Assembly (NCBI RefSeq): GCF_001194135.2
Contig: NC_068998.1
Coordinates: forward strand, 6,433,661-6,467,693
Source of the DNA: Octopus bimaculoides
Taxonomy: Eukaryota
Reading direction: 5' to 3'
Length of the DNA: 34,033 nt
Part shown: positions 11,772-23,365 of the stretch, piece by piece
How positions within the stretch are numbered: position 1 is the first letter of the stretch
How the letters are laid out: every line of letters begins with the position of its first letter
Program-made: the position numbers and the translations under genes
Notes under the pieces: model-generated
Told to the model about the DNA's origin: nothing
The model's database searches: none
The model's input: the letters and a program-made list of their open reading frames with translations, nothing else

Positions 11772-11871
11772 AAGATATATGCATGTTAACTCGCTAACAT
11801 AGATTTTCGATAGATTAGATTAGGTAGAATCGATCCGATGCATAAATATTTGTTCAGATATATGTTTAGAG
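11101..11871. other. Exact 104-bp duplication across an N-gap (11101-11204 = 11768-11871), probable assembly artefact
   Basis: Identical sequence TACAAAGATATATGC...TATGTTTAGAG; the first copy ends exactly at the gap and both copies follow (AT)n. Confidence 0.8.
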
Positions 11872-12057
11872 GTTAATATTACATCTGCACATACATCCAC
11901 ATATATAAATAGAATATTCAAGGGCACATTTATAGAAATATATTTGTACATAATATGAAAAGTGCATAGATTCAATCGAATAGAGAATTTACACATATCT
12001 ACACGCAGATTAAAATATAGATTCAATCTAAGTAGTTATGAACACGTATATATGCAA

Positions 12058-12058
12058 G

Positions 12059-12134
<76 letters not shown>

Positions 12135-12172
12135 AACACAGATCGATCGATAGGTAGATAGATTAGATAGAT

Positions 12173-12253
<81 letters not shown>

Positions 12254-12255
12254 GG
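12058..12255. repeat. (GATA)n/(GACA)n/(GATT)n tetranucleotide array
   Basis: Directly visible. Confidence 0.97.
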
Positions 12256-12665
12256 ATGAAAAACACACAATTACAGACAGATAGAAAAACAGACAATTAC
12301 ACAGATAGATAGATCTAAGCAAACAATGCACACAGACACACGGACACGCACTTGCATGTTCTACACGATTTATGCTTTAACTTTCTCTCTGCCTCTGTTT
12401 ATCTATCTTTCTATCTATTACTTTCACTTTCTTCTTCCCTTTTGTTCTCTTTTTCTTCCCACTCTCTCTTTCTTTCTTCTTCTTTTTCTCTCTCCCTCTC
12501 TCTCTCTCACCACACTGGAAAGTATTTTCTTGTTTCATTTTACAACATATCGGTAACTTTAAACATAAGATGCATGTTTAATATATAAATGTATACATTA
12601 ATACGCGCCGGCACGTACAAACACACACACACACACAGACAGAGATACTTACATAAACACATGAT

Positions 12666-12697
<32 letters not shown>

Positions 12698-13207
12698 TAT
12701 NNNNNNNNNNNNNNNNNNNNNNNNNNNNNNNNNNNNNNNNNNNNNNNNNNNNNNNNNNNNNNNNNNNNNNNNNNNNNNNNNNNNNNNNNNNNNNNNNNNN
12801 NNNNNNNNNNNNNNNNNNNNNNNNNNNNNNNNNNNNNNNNNNNNNNNNNNNNNNNNNNNNNNNNNNNNNNNNNNNNNNNNNNNNNNNNNNNNNNNNNNNN
12901 NNNNNNNNNNNNNNNNNNNNNNNNNNNNNNNNNNNNNNNNNNNNNNNNNNNNNNNNNNNNNNNNNNNNNNNNNNNNNNNNNNNNNNNNNNNNNNNNNNNN
13001 NNNNNNNNNNNNNNNNNNNNNNNNNNNNNNNNNNNNNNNNNNNNNNNNNNNNNNNNNNNNNNNNNNNNNNNNNNNNNNNNNNNNNNNNNNNNNNNNNNNN
13101 NNNNNNNNNNNNNNNNNNNNNNNNNNNNNNNNNNNNNNNNNNNNNNNNNNNNNNNNNNNNNNNNNNNNNNNNNNNNNNNNNNNNNNNNNNNNNNNNNNNA
13201 TATATAT

Positions 13208-13244
<37 letters not shown>

Positions 13245-13903
13245 AACACATATGCACAACAAAACTACATGCATATATATATAGAAACACGCTCGCACGC
13301 GCACATGAACATAGGTTGACACTCAATGCATTGTTGTATACTAAACACTGTTTAAGCTTAAAAATATAGAATATTTTTGCGGAATGGAATTGTTTGAAAT
13401 AATTAAAAGAATGAAACAAACATGATTACGTATGCCCAAATTTGGCTCTTGCATGACTTAAACAATAAAATTTAATGAGCTTTCCTTCGTTTAATACAGA
13501 ATTAATTATCAGTGTATCTATGGACACACAGTAGAACAGCTGTGGACCCCTAGTAATCTTCTGAGCCCTGCAAATGTACTTTGATCCCTCACAGTCTTTA
13601 CTGACTCCGTTGGGATCACATAGTAGAAAGTAGTGTATATTTACTATATGTAAGGTAAACAGGGTCTCAACTGTTGGTACAAAAGTCTTGTGTATCCGAC
13701 CTTCGATTGCAACAAAGATGTGTGTGTGTGCACGCGCGTGTATGGGTGTGTGAACGCGCGTGTGGGTGTGTGTGTCTGTCTGTGTGTATGTGTCTGCGTG
13801 TATCTCTTATATAATCGGATTGTTACCTAACACACCATGGTATTCTTTACGCGAAACGGATTGCTAAGATCAGCCGTGATGGATAATTAATGCTATACCT
13901 TTC

Positions 13904-13946
<43 letters not shown>

Positions 13947-14932
13947 NNNNNNNNNNNNNNNNNNNNNNNNNNNNNNNNNNNNNNNNNNNNNNNNNNNNNN
14001 NNNNNNNNNNNNNNNNNNNNNNNNNNNNNNNNNNNNNNNNNNNNNNNNNNNNNNNNNNNNNNNNNNNNNNNNNNNNNNNNNNNNNNNNNNNNNNNNNNNN
14101 NNNNNNNNNNNNNNNNNNNNNNNNNNNNNNNNNNNNNNNNNNNNNNNNNNNNNNNNNNNNNNNNNNNNNNNNNNNNNNNNNNNNNNNNNNNNNNNNNNNN
14201 NNNNNNNNNNNNNNNNNNNNNNNNNNNNNNNNNNNNNNNNNNNNNNNNNNNNNNNNNNNNNNNNNNNNNNNNNNNNNNNNNNNNNNNNNNNNNNNNNNNN
14301 NNNNNNNNNNNNNNNNNNNNNNNNNNNNNNNNNNNNNNNNNNNNNNNNNNNNNNNNNNNNNNNNNNNNNNNNNNNNNNNNNNNNNNNNNNNNNNNNNNNN
14401 NNNNNNNNNNNNNNNNNNNNNNNNNNNNNNNNNNNNNNNNNNNNNNNNNNNNNNNNNNNNNNNNNNNNNNNNNNNNNNNNNNNNNNNNNNNNNNNNNNNN
14501 NNNNNNNNNNNNNNNNNNNNNNNNNNNNNNNNNNNNNNNNNNNNNNNNNNNNNNNNNNNNNNNNNNNNNNNNNNNNNNNNNNNNNNNNNNNNNNNNNNNN
14601 NNNNNNNNNNNNNNNNNNNNNNNNNNNNNNNNNNNNNNNNNNNNNNNNNNNNNNNNNNNNNNNNNNNNNNNNNNNNNNNNNNNNNNNNNNNNNNNNNNNN
14701 NNNNNNNNNNNNNNNNNNNNNNNNNNNNNNNNNNNNNNNNNNNNNNNNNNNNNNNNNNNNNNNNNNNNNNNNNNNNNNNNNNNNNNNNNNNNNNNNNNNN
14801 NNNNNNNNNNNNNNNNNNNNNNNNNNNNNNNNNNNNNNNNNNNNNNNNNNNNNNNNNNNNNNNNNNNNNNNNNNNNNNNNNNNNNNNNNNNNNNNNNNNN
14901 NNNNNNNNNNNNNNNNNNNNNNNNNNNNNNNN

Positions 14933-15164
14933 GTAGTAGTTGTAGTAGTAGTAGTAGTAGTAGTAGTGTTTTGAGGCGGTGATGGTGGTGGTGGTGGTCG
15001 TCGTCGTCGTCGTTGTCATTATGGAAGAAGTGATGATGACGATGGGGGGGGGCAGGGGTTACGGTGGAAGCAGTAGCAGATATAGGGAAGCCGAAAATGC
15101 AACAACCTCCAAAGCGGCAACAACAACAGCAGCAGCAGCAACAACTGCAAAAGCTGCCGCAGCG

Positions 15165-15195
<31 letters not shown>

Positions 15196-15200
15196 TTATA
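14933..15200. repeat. Compound trinucleotide repeats (GTA, GGT, GTC, CAA, GCA)
   Basis: Directly visible; explains the poly-V/A/T ORFs in the track. Confidence 0.92.
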
Positions 15201-15279
15201 ATAGTCGACGAAGAACTAGTATTATTGGTAATCCTTATTATGACTGTCATTTATCTGCCACAAGGTGAAAGGTCATCAT

Positions 15280-15530
15280 TTCATTGGTTTTGCTTGCTTC
15301 AGGCCTCGCAGTGCGGCCATTCTGGGGCACTGACTCGAACTCTTCCTACTCGAACACATCGACTTTAATACATTTTTTTTTTTCTTTTTTACCTTATAAA
15401 TCTCATACTTATTATTCCATCGACCTCATATACCGAACGACCTGATTACATGAACGTAAACAAACCGACACCTGTTGTCAACGAACAGAAGGGAAATACA
15501 GACCCGAAAACACTAACACACAAATACGCA

Positions 15531-15569
<39 letters not shown>

Positions 15570-15855
15570 ACTATACACACACACATATATTGATTTCTTT
15601 ATTGCCCACATGGGGCTATACATAGAGGGGACAAACAAGGACATACAAAGGGATTAAGTCGATTACATCGATCCCAGTTCGTCACTGGTACTTAATTTAT
15701 CGACCCTGAAAGGATGAAAGGCAAAGTCGACCTCGGCGGAATTTGAACTCAGTACGTAACGGCAGACGAAATACCGCTGAGTATATATGTATATACATAT
15801 ATATGTACGACGGGATACTTTCGGTTTTCGTCTACGGAATCCAGCCAACAAAGCA
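15280..15855 (-). mobile_element. Old SINE family B copy (3' part 15280-15540, continuation about 15805-15855) interrupted by a family A copy
   Basis: gcggccattctggggcac and catacttatt..ccatcg match 21397-21486. The 15805-15855 piece on the minus strand reads GGATTCCGTAGACGAAAACCGAAAGTATCCCGTCGTA, homologous to 29465-29508. Confidence 0.65.
15594..15779 (-). mobile_element. SINE family A (alternative 3' tail variant), 5' head truncated
   Basis: gtcgattacatcgatcccag..ctggtacttaatttatcgaccctgaaaggatgaaaggcaaagtcgacctcggcggaatttgaactc is near-identical to the 4851-4940 core. The tail region (tttctttattgcccac..gggacaaacaaggac) differs from the 4803 copy. Confidence 0.9.
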
Positions 15856-16217
15856 NNNNNNNNNNNNNNNNNNNNNNNNNNNNNNNNNNNNNNNNNNNNN
15901 NNNNNNNNNNNNNNNNNNNNNNNNNNNNNNNNNNNNNNNNNNNNNNNNNNNNNNNNNNNNNNNNNNNNNNNNNNNNNNNNNNNNNNNNNNNNNNNNNNNN
16001 NNNNNNNNNNNNNNNNNNNNNNNNNNNNNNNNNNNNNNNNNNNNNNNNNNNNNNNNNNNNNNNNNNNNNNNNNNNNNNNNNNNNNNNNNNNNNNNNNNNN
16101 NNNNNNNNNNNNNNNNNNNNNNNNNNNNNNNNNNNNNNNNNNNNNNNNNNNNNNNNNNNNNNNNNNNNNNNNNNNNNNNNNNNNNNNNNNNNNNNNNNNN
16201 NNNNNNNNNNNNNNNNN

Positions 16218-16303
16218 TGACGATCCCAATATCACGGTTTCGATCCCCAGATCGGCACTGCGTTGTGTTCTTGAGCAAAACACTTTATTTGACGTTGCTC
16301 CGC
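16218..16303 (+). mobile_element. tRNA-like SINE head fragment of another family
   Basis: B-box-like GGTTTCGATCCCC followed by GTTGTGTTCTTGAGCAAAACACTTT, resembling the CCTTGRGCAAG block after the family B head. Confidence 0.6.
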
Positions 16304-16459
16304 ACCCCCAGTGATCAACTGCTACTTATTTTATCGACCACGAAAGTCAAAGAACGGCAAAGTTGACTTCGGCGGGATTTGAACTCACAACGCGAAGACA
16401 AACACACTACCGCTATGCATTTCGCTCGGCGTGTTGACGACTCTGCCATGTCGCCGCCT
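16304..16459 (-). mobile_element. SINE family A, diverged 5' half
   Basis: cccccagtgatcaactgctacttattttatcgacc...gacttcggcgggatttgaactc...ctctgccatgtcgccgcct is homologous to the other family A copies. Confidence 0.85.
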
Positions 16460-16692
16460 CATGGACAAGACTAATATCGTTACGGTGTGAGGTAAACGCA
16501 ACAAACGAGGGCTGTACTTGTGTGTTATTTTGTGGGTTCGGTTACATTCGTTGACGTGATACCGTTGAATTGTCGGTTATGGGTCGGTGGGAGAATTTGG
16601 AGGGTGTGAAGAGAAGGAGGGGAGGGTAAATGAGTAAAAGAAGATGAAAGGGAGGGGAGGGAGAGAGAGAGAGAGACTTTGTAAGTGAATGA

Positions 16693-16750
16693 TGTGTGTG
16701 TGTACAATGTATATTGTGTGTGTATAACGTATATGTTTGTCTATAATCTG

Positions 16751-16792
<42 letters not shown>

Positions 16793-16870
16793 GAGAAGTA
16801 TAAGGTATAGATGAAAAGAGGAAGAGAAGAGGACGATGCCGACGACGGCGTCGATGATGATGATGATGAG
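16693..16870. repeat. Dispersed composite repeat, copy 1 (copy 2 at 23222-23400)
   Basis: Shares ordered blocks TGTGTGTACAATGTATAT, TATAACGTATATGT-TGTCTATAATCTGTGTGTG, GTGTTTG-A-AAGTATA-GG-ATAGATGA and GTCGATGATGATG with the 23222 copy. Confidence 0.8.
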
Positions 16871-17095
16871 GATGATGAGGATGATGATGATGGTGATGAT
16901 GATGATGATGATGATGAAGTGTTGATGATGATGACGACGTCGACGTAGATAACAAAACGACGATAACAACGACGATGATGACGATGATGATAATGGTAGT
17001 AGTGGTGGTGGTGGTGGTTGTGTTGGTGGTGGTGGTGGTGGTGGTGGTGGTGGTGGTGTTAGCGATGGTGATGATGAGGCTGATAATGTTGGTGT
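16835..17095. repeat. (GAT)n/(GAC)n/(GGT)n compound microsatellite
   Basis: Directly visible. Confidence 0.93.
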
Positions 17096-17308
17096 ATGTA
17101 ATGAGAGAAAGTGAGGGAGAGAGAGAGAGATTTGGCTGCTATTTCTAGCACATCAAGTAATCCAGTTGTGAGACTCGGTGACTCAAAATCTACCAAATTT
17201 CGGTTAGTTTTTAGTCGCTTGGCATCAGATCAGCCTTGACCGGAGTCGGTGCGGTGTTCGTTTTTTCTTTTTGTTCTTTTATCTGTGTGATAACGGACCA
17301 GTTACATC

Positions 17309-17344
<36 letters not shown>

Positions 17345-17592
17345 GCACGCAGACACACAACGAACAGTCTCGTTTACGAACACATATAACCATACGCTCA
17401 TACACATATGTACATGTACACACACAGACATACACGCACTCACACATACACACACACATACATACGCACGCACACACACACACACACAAACCACAAACAC
17501 TTATGTGTGTGCGTGTGCGTGTGCGTGTGTGTCTGTGTGTGTAGGGAGCGTAAAGAGTGAGAGATAGAGAGAGAGAGAGGGGGGGATAGGGA

Positions 17593-17880
17593 GCAGGCCT
17601 TAAAATAAGGACTAGAACTTTTGATTAACGGTCTGGCAACTGGGGGGGCGAATTTTTGATGCACAATCCTGCGAATGTCGAGAAAAACGATGAGCGTGCT
17701 CTTGATTGGGCTGTGACTCTGTCGTGCGGCTTTTGAAGCGCCCGTGCCACTCGAAACATTGCGCACGACCATTTCCTCGCTGCCGTAAGCTTACCGAAGC
17801 ACGCGCAATGTCTCTGTAGCAGACTTCCGAAGTTTAACGCAAATTTTCACGTTGGTTCATTGCTCCAAAATTCGCAGGCT
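17593..17880 (-). mobile_element. Internally deleted mariner transposase relic
   Basis: The minus strand gives N-terminal LEQ*TNVKICVKLRKSATETLRVLR*AYG.....AQCFEWHGRFKS joined directly to ARQSHSPIKSTLIVFLDIRRIVHQKFAPP..QTVNQKF. These match the EQRxxIKFCVKLGKSATET and KARQSxSxxKxMLIVFFDxxGIVHxEFVPxGQTVN mariner motifs. Confidence 0.85.
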
Positions 17881-18016
17881 ACAACATGCACATGATGACA
17901 AAAACACAAATTTCACAACTAATGATATATATATTTCCTTAACTCACGTTCCGGATCTCCAGCATAGCACTGTTCCGGTTGACTGATTTAGTTATTTTAT
18001 TTTAGTTTCTTTCTTT

Positions 18017-18762
18017 ACGGAAGTGGTTGTAGGAAACAAAATGGGCATCAACTACGCCAACTTGTTCGTCGGCAGTGTTCAGGCCAAGATATTCTTACCA
18101 TTGACTGAGCTCATTCTTGAGCTACACGGCTAGCACATCGACGACTATATCGGCGGATCTCACTCTTCTGCGAACAATTCAACTTCTCTTTCATCTAACA
18201 GCGTTTCTCAACCGGATTTCCCCGGAACTCTAGGGTTCTGCAAAAGGTTCCCAGGGGTTCCGAGAGAAATAGTGAGGTGAGTTAATGTTAATTTCATGAT
18301 CGTAATATTACTATACATGTACAACATGTTATTGGTTATTGCAATATTGTAATATAGACATCATCCTATCTAACCAATTTTTAATTTTTAATTTAACGCT
18401 TAATTTTTATGGTGATTTAAAATAGTTGAACAATATTTTGAAAAATGAACCTGAAGATGTGTTGGTAGAATTATAAATCTGATGATTACATAAATTCTGA
18501 TCTCCCAATACAGAAACACGTGTAGTTCCTTTTTAATTATAATTTTAGCTCACGTAAGCCCTAATTAAGGTAGTATATTTTTTACTCTGCTATTGTACTG
18601 GTTTTATCCTCAAGTATTATTTCTTGGTGTGCATATAAATACCACGAGCTTTCCATCATGAATACTCGTTGAGTTTTTTTTTTTTTTTTGCATTATCTGA
18701 AATGGAATACCTACAAATCTATTGATTGAAATCTCAATAACTGAATTATNNNNNNNNNNATT

Positions 18763-18855
<93 letters not shown>

Positions 18856-19325
18856 TGCATACAAACATAAATATATGTATATGTATATAAATATATATGA
18901 TATTTGCCACGTGAAATACAATGAAAAAATATGAGAAAGATATGGTATGTCATTTTTTTTTGTACAGGGGTTCCTTAAGACATATAATTTATTTTAAGGG
19001 TTACACAAGGGCAAAAAAGTTGAGAAACACTGACTTAGTCTGTCTACCCCGCCCTTGAATTCTGCTCTGACTCCAACACTGTCGTTCGCTTCCTCGATAT
19101 TTCCTTTGCCATCAAGCGCTTCTCTCTTACCATTTTCATCCACTACACTCCTACAGACTTCCACAATACCTCCACTTCTCCACCTCCCACTCTATCCACA
19201 CCAAACGGTCCATCTCCTACTCTCAATTACTCTGACTCCGTCGACTCTGTACTCGCGAACGTGACTTCGAGACAGTCCATCTCATGGTTCGCCACTTCAC
19301 TCTACGGGGATATCCCCATTGTTAT

Positions 19326-19327
<2 letters not shown>
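18017..19327 (+). mobile_element. Penelope-like retroelement RT relic, split into 18017-18198 and 19033-19327 by a hAT insertion
   Basis: Left arm: VVVGNKMGINYANLFVG...LHG*HIDDYIG (GxxMGxxYANLFxG and RYIDD motifs). Right arm: YPALEF..VRFLDISF..IHYTPTDFHN / YLHFSTSHSIHTKRSISYSQLL*LRRLC..DFE...MVRHFTLRGYP, matching the FLD, HYKPTD, YLHxxSxHP and SIPYSQxLRLRRLCS..RGYP motifs of Penelope-like elements. Confidence 0.88.
18199..19032. mobile_element. Non-autonomous hAT-type (Charlie/Ac-like) DNA element, 834 bp including a 10-N gap
   Basis: Terminal inverted repeats CAGCGTTTCTCAAC (18199) and GTTGAGAAACACTG (ending 19032), 13/14 match. Subterminal GGGGTTCC blocks occur at both ends. An 8-bp TSD is not recognisable (TCATCTAA vs ACTTAGTC). 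Confidence 0.85.
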
Positions 19328-19410
<83 letters not shown>

Positions 19411-19600
19411 CACACACACACATACATACATACATACACACAAACACACACATACACAAACACACACACACACACATACACACACACACACACTTAACAC
19501 ATATATATATATACACACATATGCATACACACACACATGTGTATATACACACACACGCTCACAGATGCACACACATGCATGCAAACATATATGCACACAC
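19327..19600. repeat. (CA)n and derived CA/TA mosaic
   Basis: Directly visible. Confidence 0.97.
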
Positions 19601-19852
19601 ATACACACTGATGCTTTATTTTCAGTTCTGTCAGGGAGAAGAAGAATCGAACTTACAGCCGCGACCTCACAAAGCACAGAGAATTAGAACGCTGTGGCTC
19701 GCTGATATCTGTGGATCGATCTAATCAACCTGTGGTACCTATATGCGGCTAGGTGTACTGTTCTGTCTAAAAAGGACGGCACTGTCTCAGCAATAACACG
19801 CGAACTATCGATCTATAATAATATCCTTGTTGTCAGTTGATATTAAAAGCAT

Positions 19853-19899
<47 letters not shown>

Positions 19900-19990
19900 C
19901 ACACACACACGCACGCACTTGAATACACATAGAAACACCACCAGTTGTTTGAACTCACGAACACAGACACACGCATGTATGCTGACTTAG

Positions 19991-20030
<40 letters not shown>

Positions 20031-20114
20031 ACATTAGCCATGCCATAGGCCACACACGCACACGCACACAGACATACAGAATGTCGTATGATACGATCGT
20101 TATTGTAGATGGTC

Positions 20115-20331
20115 GTGATGTTGATGATGAGGACGACGACGATGATGATGATGATGATAATGATGATGACGACGATGAGGATGATGATGATGGTGATGAT
20201 GATACTGATGATGACGATTATGATGACGATGATGATAATGATGATGAAATTAGGCGGCATTCACTGTTATGCGATCTCGCTGTTATAGTCATCGGCAAGC
20301 GGTGGTGATTACGATAAGCAGCATCAGCAGC

Positions 20332-20390
<59 letters not shown>

Positions 20391-20391
20391 C

Positions 20392-20441
<50 letters not shown>

Positions 20442-20455
20442 CAGTGGTAGTAGTA
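20115..20455. repeat. (GAT/GAC)n tract (20115-20235) and (AGT)n tract (20315-20455)
   Basis: Directly visible; source of the poly-D and poly-S ORFs. Confidence 0.95.
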
Positions 20456-20910
20456 AAATGCCATTGTCGTTGCGCTTGTAATGGAGAAAAAAAAAACGAA
20501 GTTGAAGAAGCAGCTGTTCAGAGTTTCATTGAAGAAAACACGTGGGTAAGCTAGCGCGCGAACAAACACACACACACATTTACACACACAAGCGTATTTT
20601 ACATAACACATTGATCATATATATACATTATAAACACGCATAGATTATATACATATATGCATTATACGTGCATGTATATTATACACACACATTGATAATA
20701 TACGTATATAAGACATACATAACTTATATACACATATCTGTGCGTGTGTGAGTATGTGCGTGCGTGAGTGAGTGTGTGTGTGTGTGTGTGTATGCATGTA
20801 TATGTATCCATATATATGTGTATGTGTATACACGCACACACTTATGTATACATAAACATACGTAAAACATTTGTACATTTGTATCTATATATATAAAATA
20901 TCTCTGCGCC

Positions 20911-20969
<59 letters not shown>

Positions 20970-20982
20970 ACATTTATATATA

Positions 20983-21016
<34 letters not shown>

Positions 21017-21369
21017 CGTGTATGTATATATGTTTGCATGTATATATATGCTTGTATGTAATACTCGTCTCATTCGTTCGGTTCCGGCACACTAGAACAG
21101 CGCAGGCTAGGATCCAATCGTATGTACCGACATACCAACCCCGCTAACATATATTTTACAGTCTCATGTTCATCTCATCGATATCTGTCCGCTCGCTTAC
21201 AGGACATAATTCGCACGAATTCAAACACGTCTTGTGTTTGTATTGGGTCGCACAGACTCAAACAACACACACACACACAGACACACACACACACACACAC
21301 ACACAAGCCACGCGCACACTCAAACACAAACGCTGACGTATATTACCTACATACATACATAGATTTTTT

Positions 21370-21490
21370 TTCCCACTTGTTTTGCTCTTTGGACTCGCGG
21401 CCATGCTGGGGCAGCATCTTGAGGGGTTTAGTCGAACAAATCGATCCCAGGACTTATTCTTTATAAGCCTAGTACTTATTCTGTCGCTGG
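21370..21490 (-). mobile_element. SINE family B, 3' body fragment
   Basis: gcggccatgctggggc..ttagtcgaacaaatcgatcccaggacttattctttataagcctagtacttattctgtcg; homologous to the 15300-15420 region. Confidence 0.8.
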
Positions 21491-21914
21491 GTGACAAAGA
21501 CAGGCACTCAAATACATACGCATAGGTATATATATATGTGTGTGTGTGTGTGTGAATGTCGCTCTGAGAGATCAGCAGCTTTAGTGACATGTGTGTGAAT
21601 GGGTAGGTGTGGAAGTGTATCTGTGTGCGTAGATGAGGATGTCAACAGTGGGTCAGAAGGCGTTGGTGTAGCCAAGGCTGTGGGTATTATGTGTGTGTGT
21701 GTCTGTATAAAATTTGTAGTTTTTATTTCCATTATTATTTTGTTTTACATATTTTTTCTTGTACTTTTGCTATTTTACTGTGAATAACTTTTGACTCGTT
21801 ATTTTACATATTTTTAACAAATACTACCAAATGATCACAGAATATTGATTATCCTGCACTGACAAGATATAACTTTATCATTCGTATATCCAAACGATAT
21901 GTTACCAAGAAATA

Positions 21915-22095
21915 AATCGGCCCTCCTTTCACCATGTCACCATTAAGGAAAATTCATAGTGATTTATAGCTTCAAGCTCTGTGGAAGACCCACTAAGGTC
22001 TGAAAGGCCAAACAGTCTCAATGAAATGCAGCCATCTGTAGCGAATCATTTTCAACAATATCCACACAGTTCAACCCGGCAGGTTTCAAAGTTGC
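21915..22095 (+). mobile_element. Probable Tc1/mariner N-terminal HTH relic (DUF4817-like)
   Basis: RPSFHHVTIKENS**FIASSSVEDPLRSERP...VANHFQQYPHSSTRQVSK resembles the PPxxxTIxRxxxKFxxTGSVxDxxRSGRP...SPxxSTRxxS signature. Confidence 0.5.
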
Positions 22096-22577
22096 TCTTT
22101 TTTATTTCTTTCCGTTTCTCTTCTTTTCATTCTGTTACAGCTACGTTCAAAGATGTCCCCAACGTAGAAAAGCTAGCGAGAAAAGTTTTTAATTTGTCAA
22201 TAATTCAGTAATTATCTGATGATGATAAATGTACGAGAGTGTTAAGATGTGAACGAGTCATTGACTCCTTAACCAGTGATACAAATAACCTCATAAAGAT
22301 TGATTATTATTACTATAATTATTATTGATAAAGTTAACTTTCATGCTGCGATTGATGTCAACAAGTGCATTTTCCGAGTACGAGGTTTATGGAAGGATTT
22401 CATCGTTGCTTTCATTTGCAGAAAATTATAGTTTGGGTGGCTACAACACGACGTCTTTTCAGTCATTTCTTTTTCAAGCTACAATGACAAATAATACCAA
22501 CTGTACTTCACGGGACTGAAATTGACAAAATACACACTCTTTATTCTCTAATAAATATGTTATACTACCATAACGCG

Positions 22578-22582
22578 TAGAT

Positions 22583-22653
<71 letters not shown>

Positions 22654-22658
22654 CAGAC

Positions 22659-22722
<64 letters not shown>

Positions 22723-22735
22723 TGAGTGAGTGAGT
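22578..22735. repeat. (GATA)n array
   Basis: Directly visible. Confidence 0.97.
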
Positions 22736-22800
22736 GATCAGCTGAATGATCGGAAACTTGCAACTCGAAGTATTGGTGTTATGATCCTTTCAGTTATAAT

Positions 22801-22877
22801 GCCCAAGGTGCCACGCAGTGGGAATGAACCCGGAACCATGCGGTTGGTTAGCAAGCTACTTACCACACAGCCACTCC
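22801..22877 (-). mobile_element. SINE family B tRNA-derived head
   Basis: Minus strand GGAGTGGCTGTGTGGTAAGTAGCTTGCTAACCAACCGCATGGTTCCGGGTTCATTCCCACTGCGTGGCACCTTGGGC: A-box TGGCTGTGTGG and B-box-like GGTTCATTCCC. Homologous to 24309 and 29347. Confidence 0.9.
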
Positions 22878-22899
22878 AATCAATTTTTCTGCATAATTT

Positions 22900-23365
22900 A
22901 TGTCTGTGTATAATGTATATGTGTATATAAGTTATGTATGTCTTATATATGTATATTATCAATGTGTGTGTATAATATACGTGTACGTATAATGTATATA
23001 TGTATATAATCTATGTCTGTCTATAATGTATATATATGATCAATGTGTTATGTAATGTATTTATGTGTATCTGGGCGTGTGTATAGAGTATGTATATAAT
23101 CAATGTGTTTATGATATATGTGTGTGTATAATGTATGTATATGACCTACGAGTGTGTATAATGTATTCTGTAATCGGTATGTTTATAATGTCAGTATGTA
23201 ATCTGTGTATGTTTATAATATATGTGTGTACAATGTATATGCGTGTGTGTATATAACGTATATGTGTGTCTATAATCTGTGTGTGAGTGTGTGTTTGAAA
23301 AAGTATAGGGCATAGATGATTGTGGAGGGAGAAGGGGGAGAGAGGAGAACGATGGTGATGATGTC

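Noticed and set aside
13525-13625. Possible hAT-MITE interior (GGACCCC / GGGATC motifs)
   Set aside because: No terminal inverted repeats identifiable.
14979-15368. Poly-Val/Ala/Thr ORF resembling a low-complexity protein
   Set aside because: Composed of trinucleotide repeats running into a SINE relic.
22801-22877. Functional tRNA gene (also the other A/B-box segments)
   Set aside because: The heads continue into shared SINE bodies, occur as multiple diverged copies and give no convincing cloverleaf.
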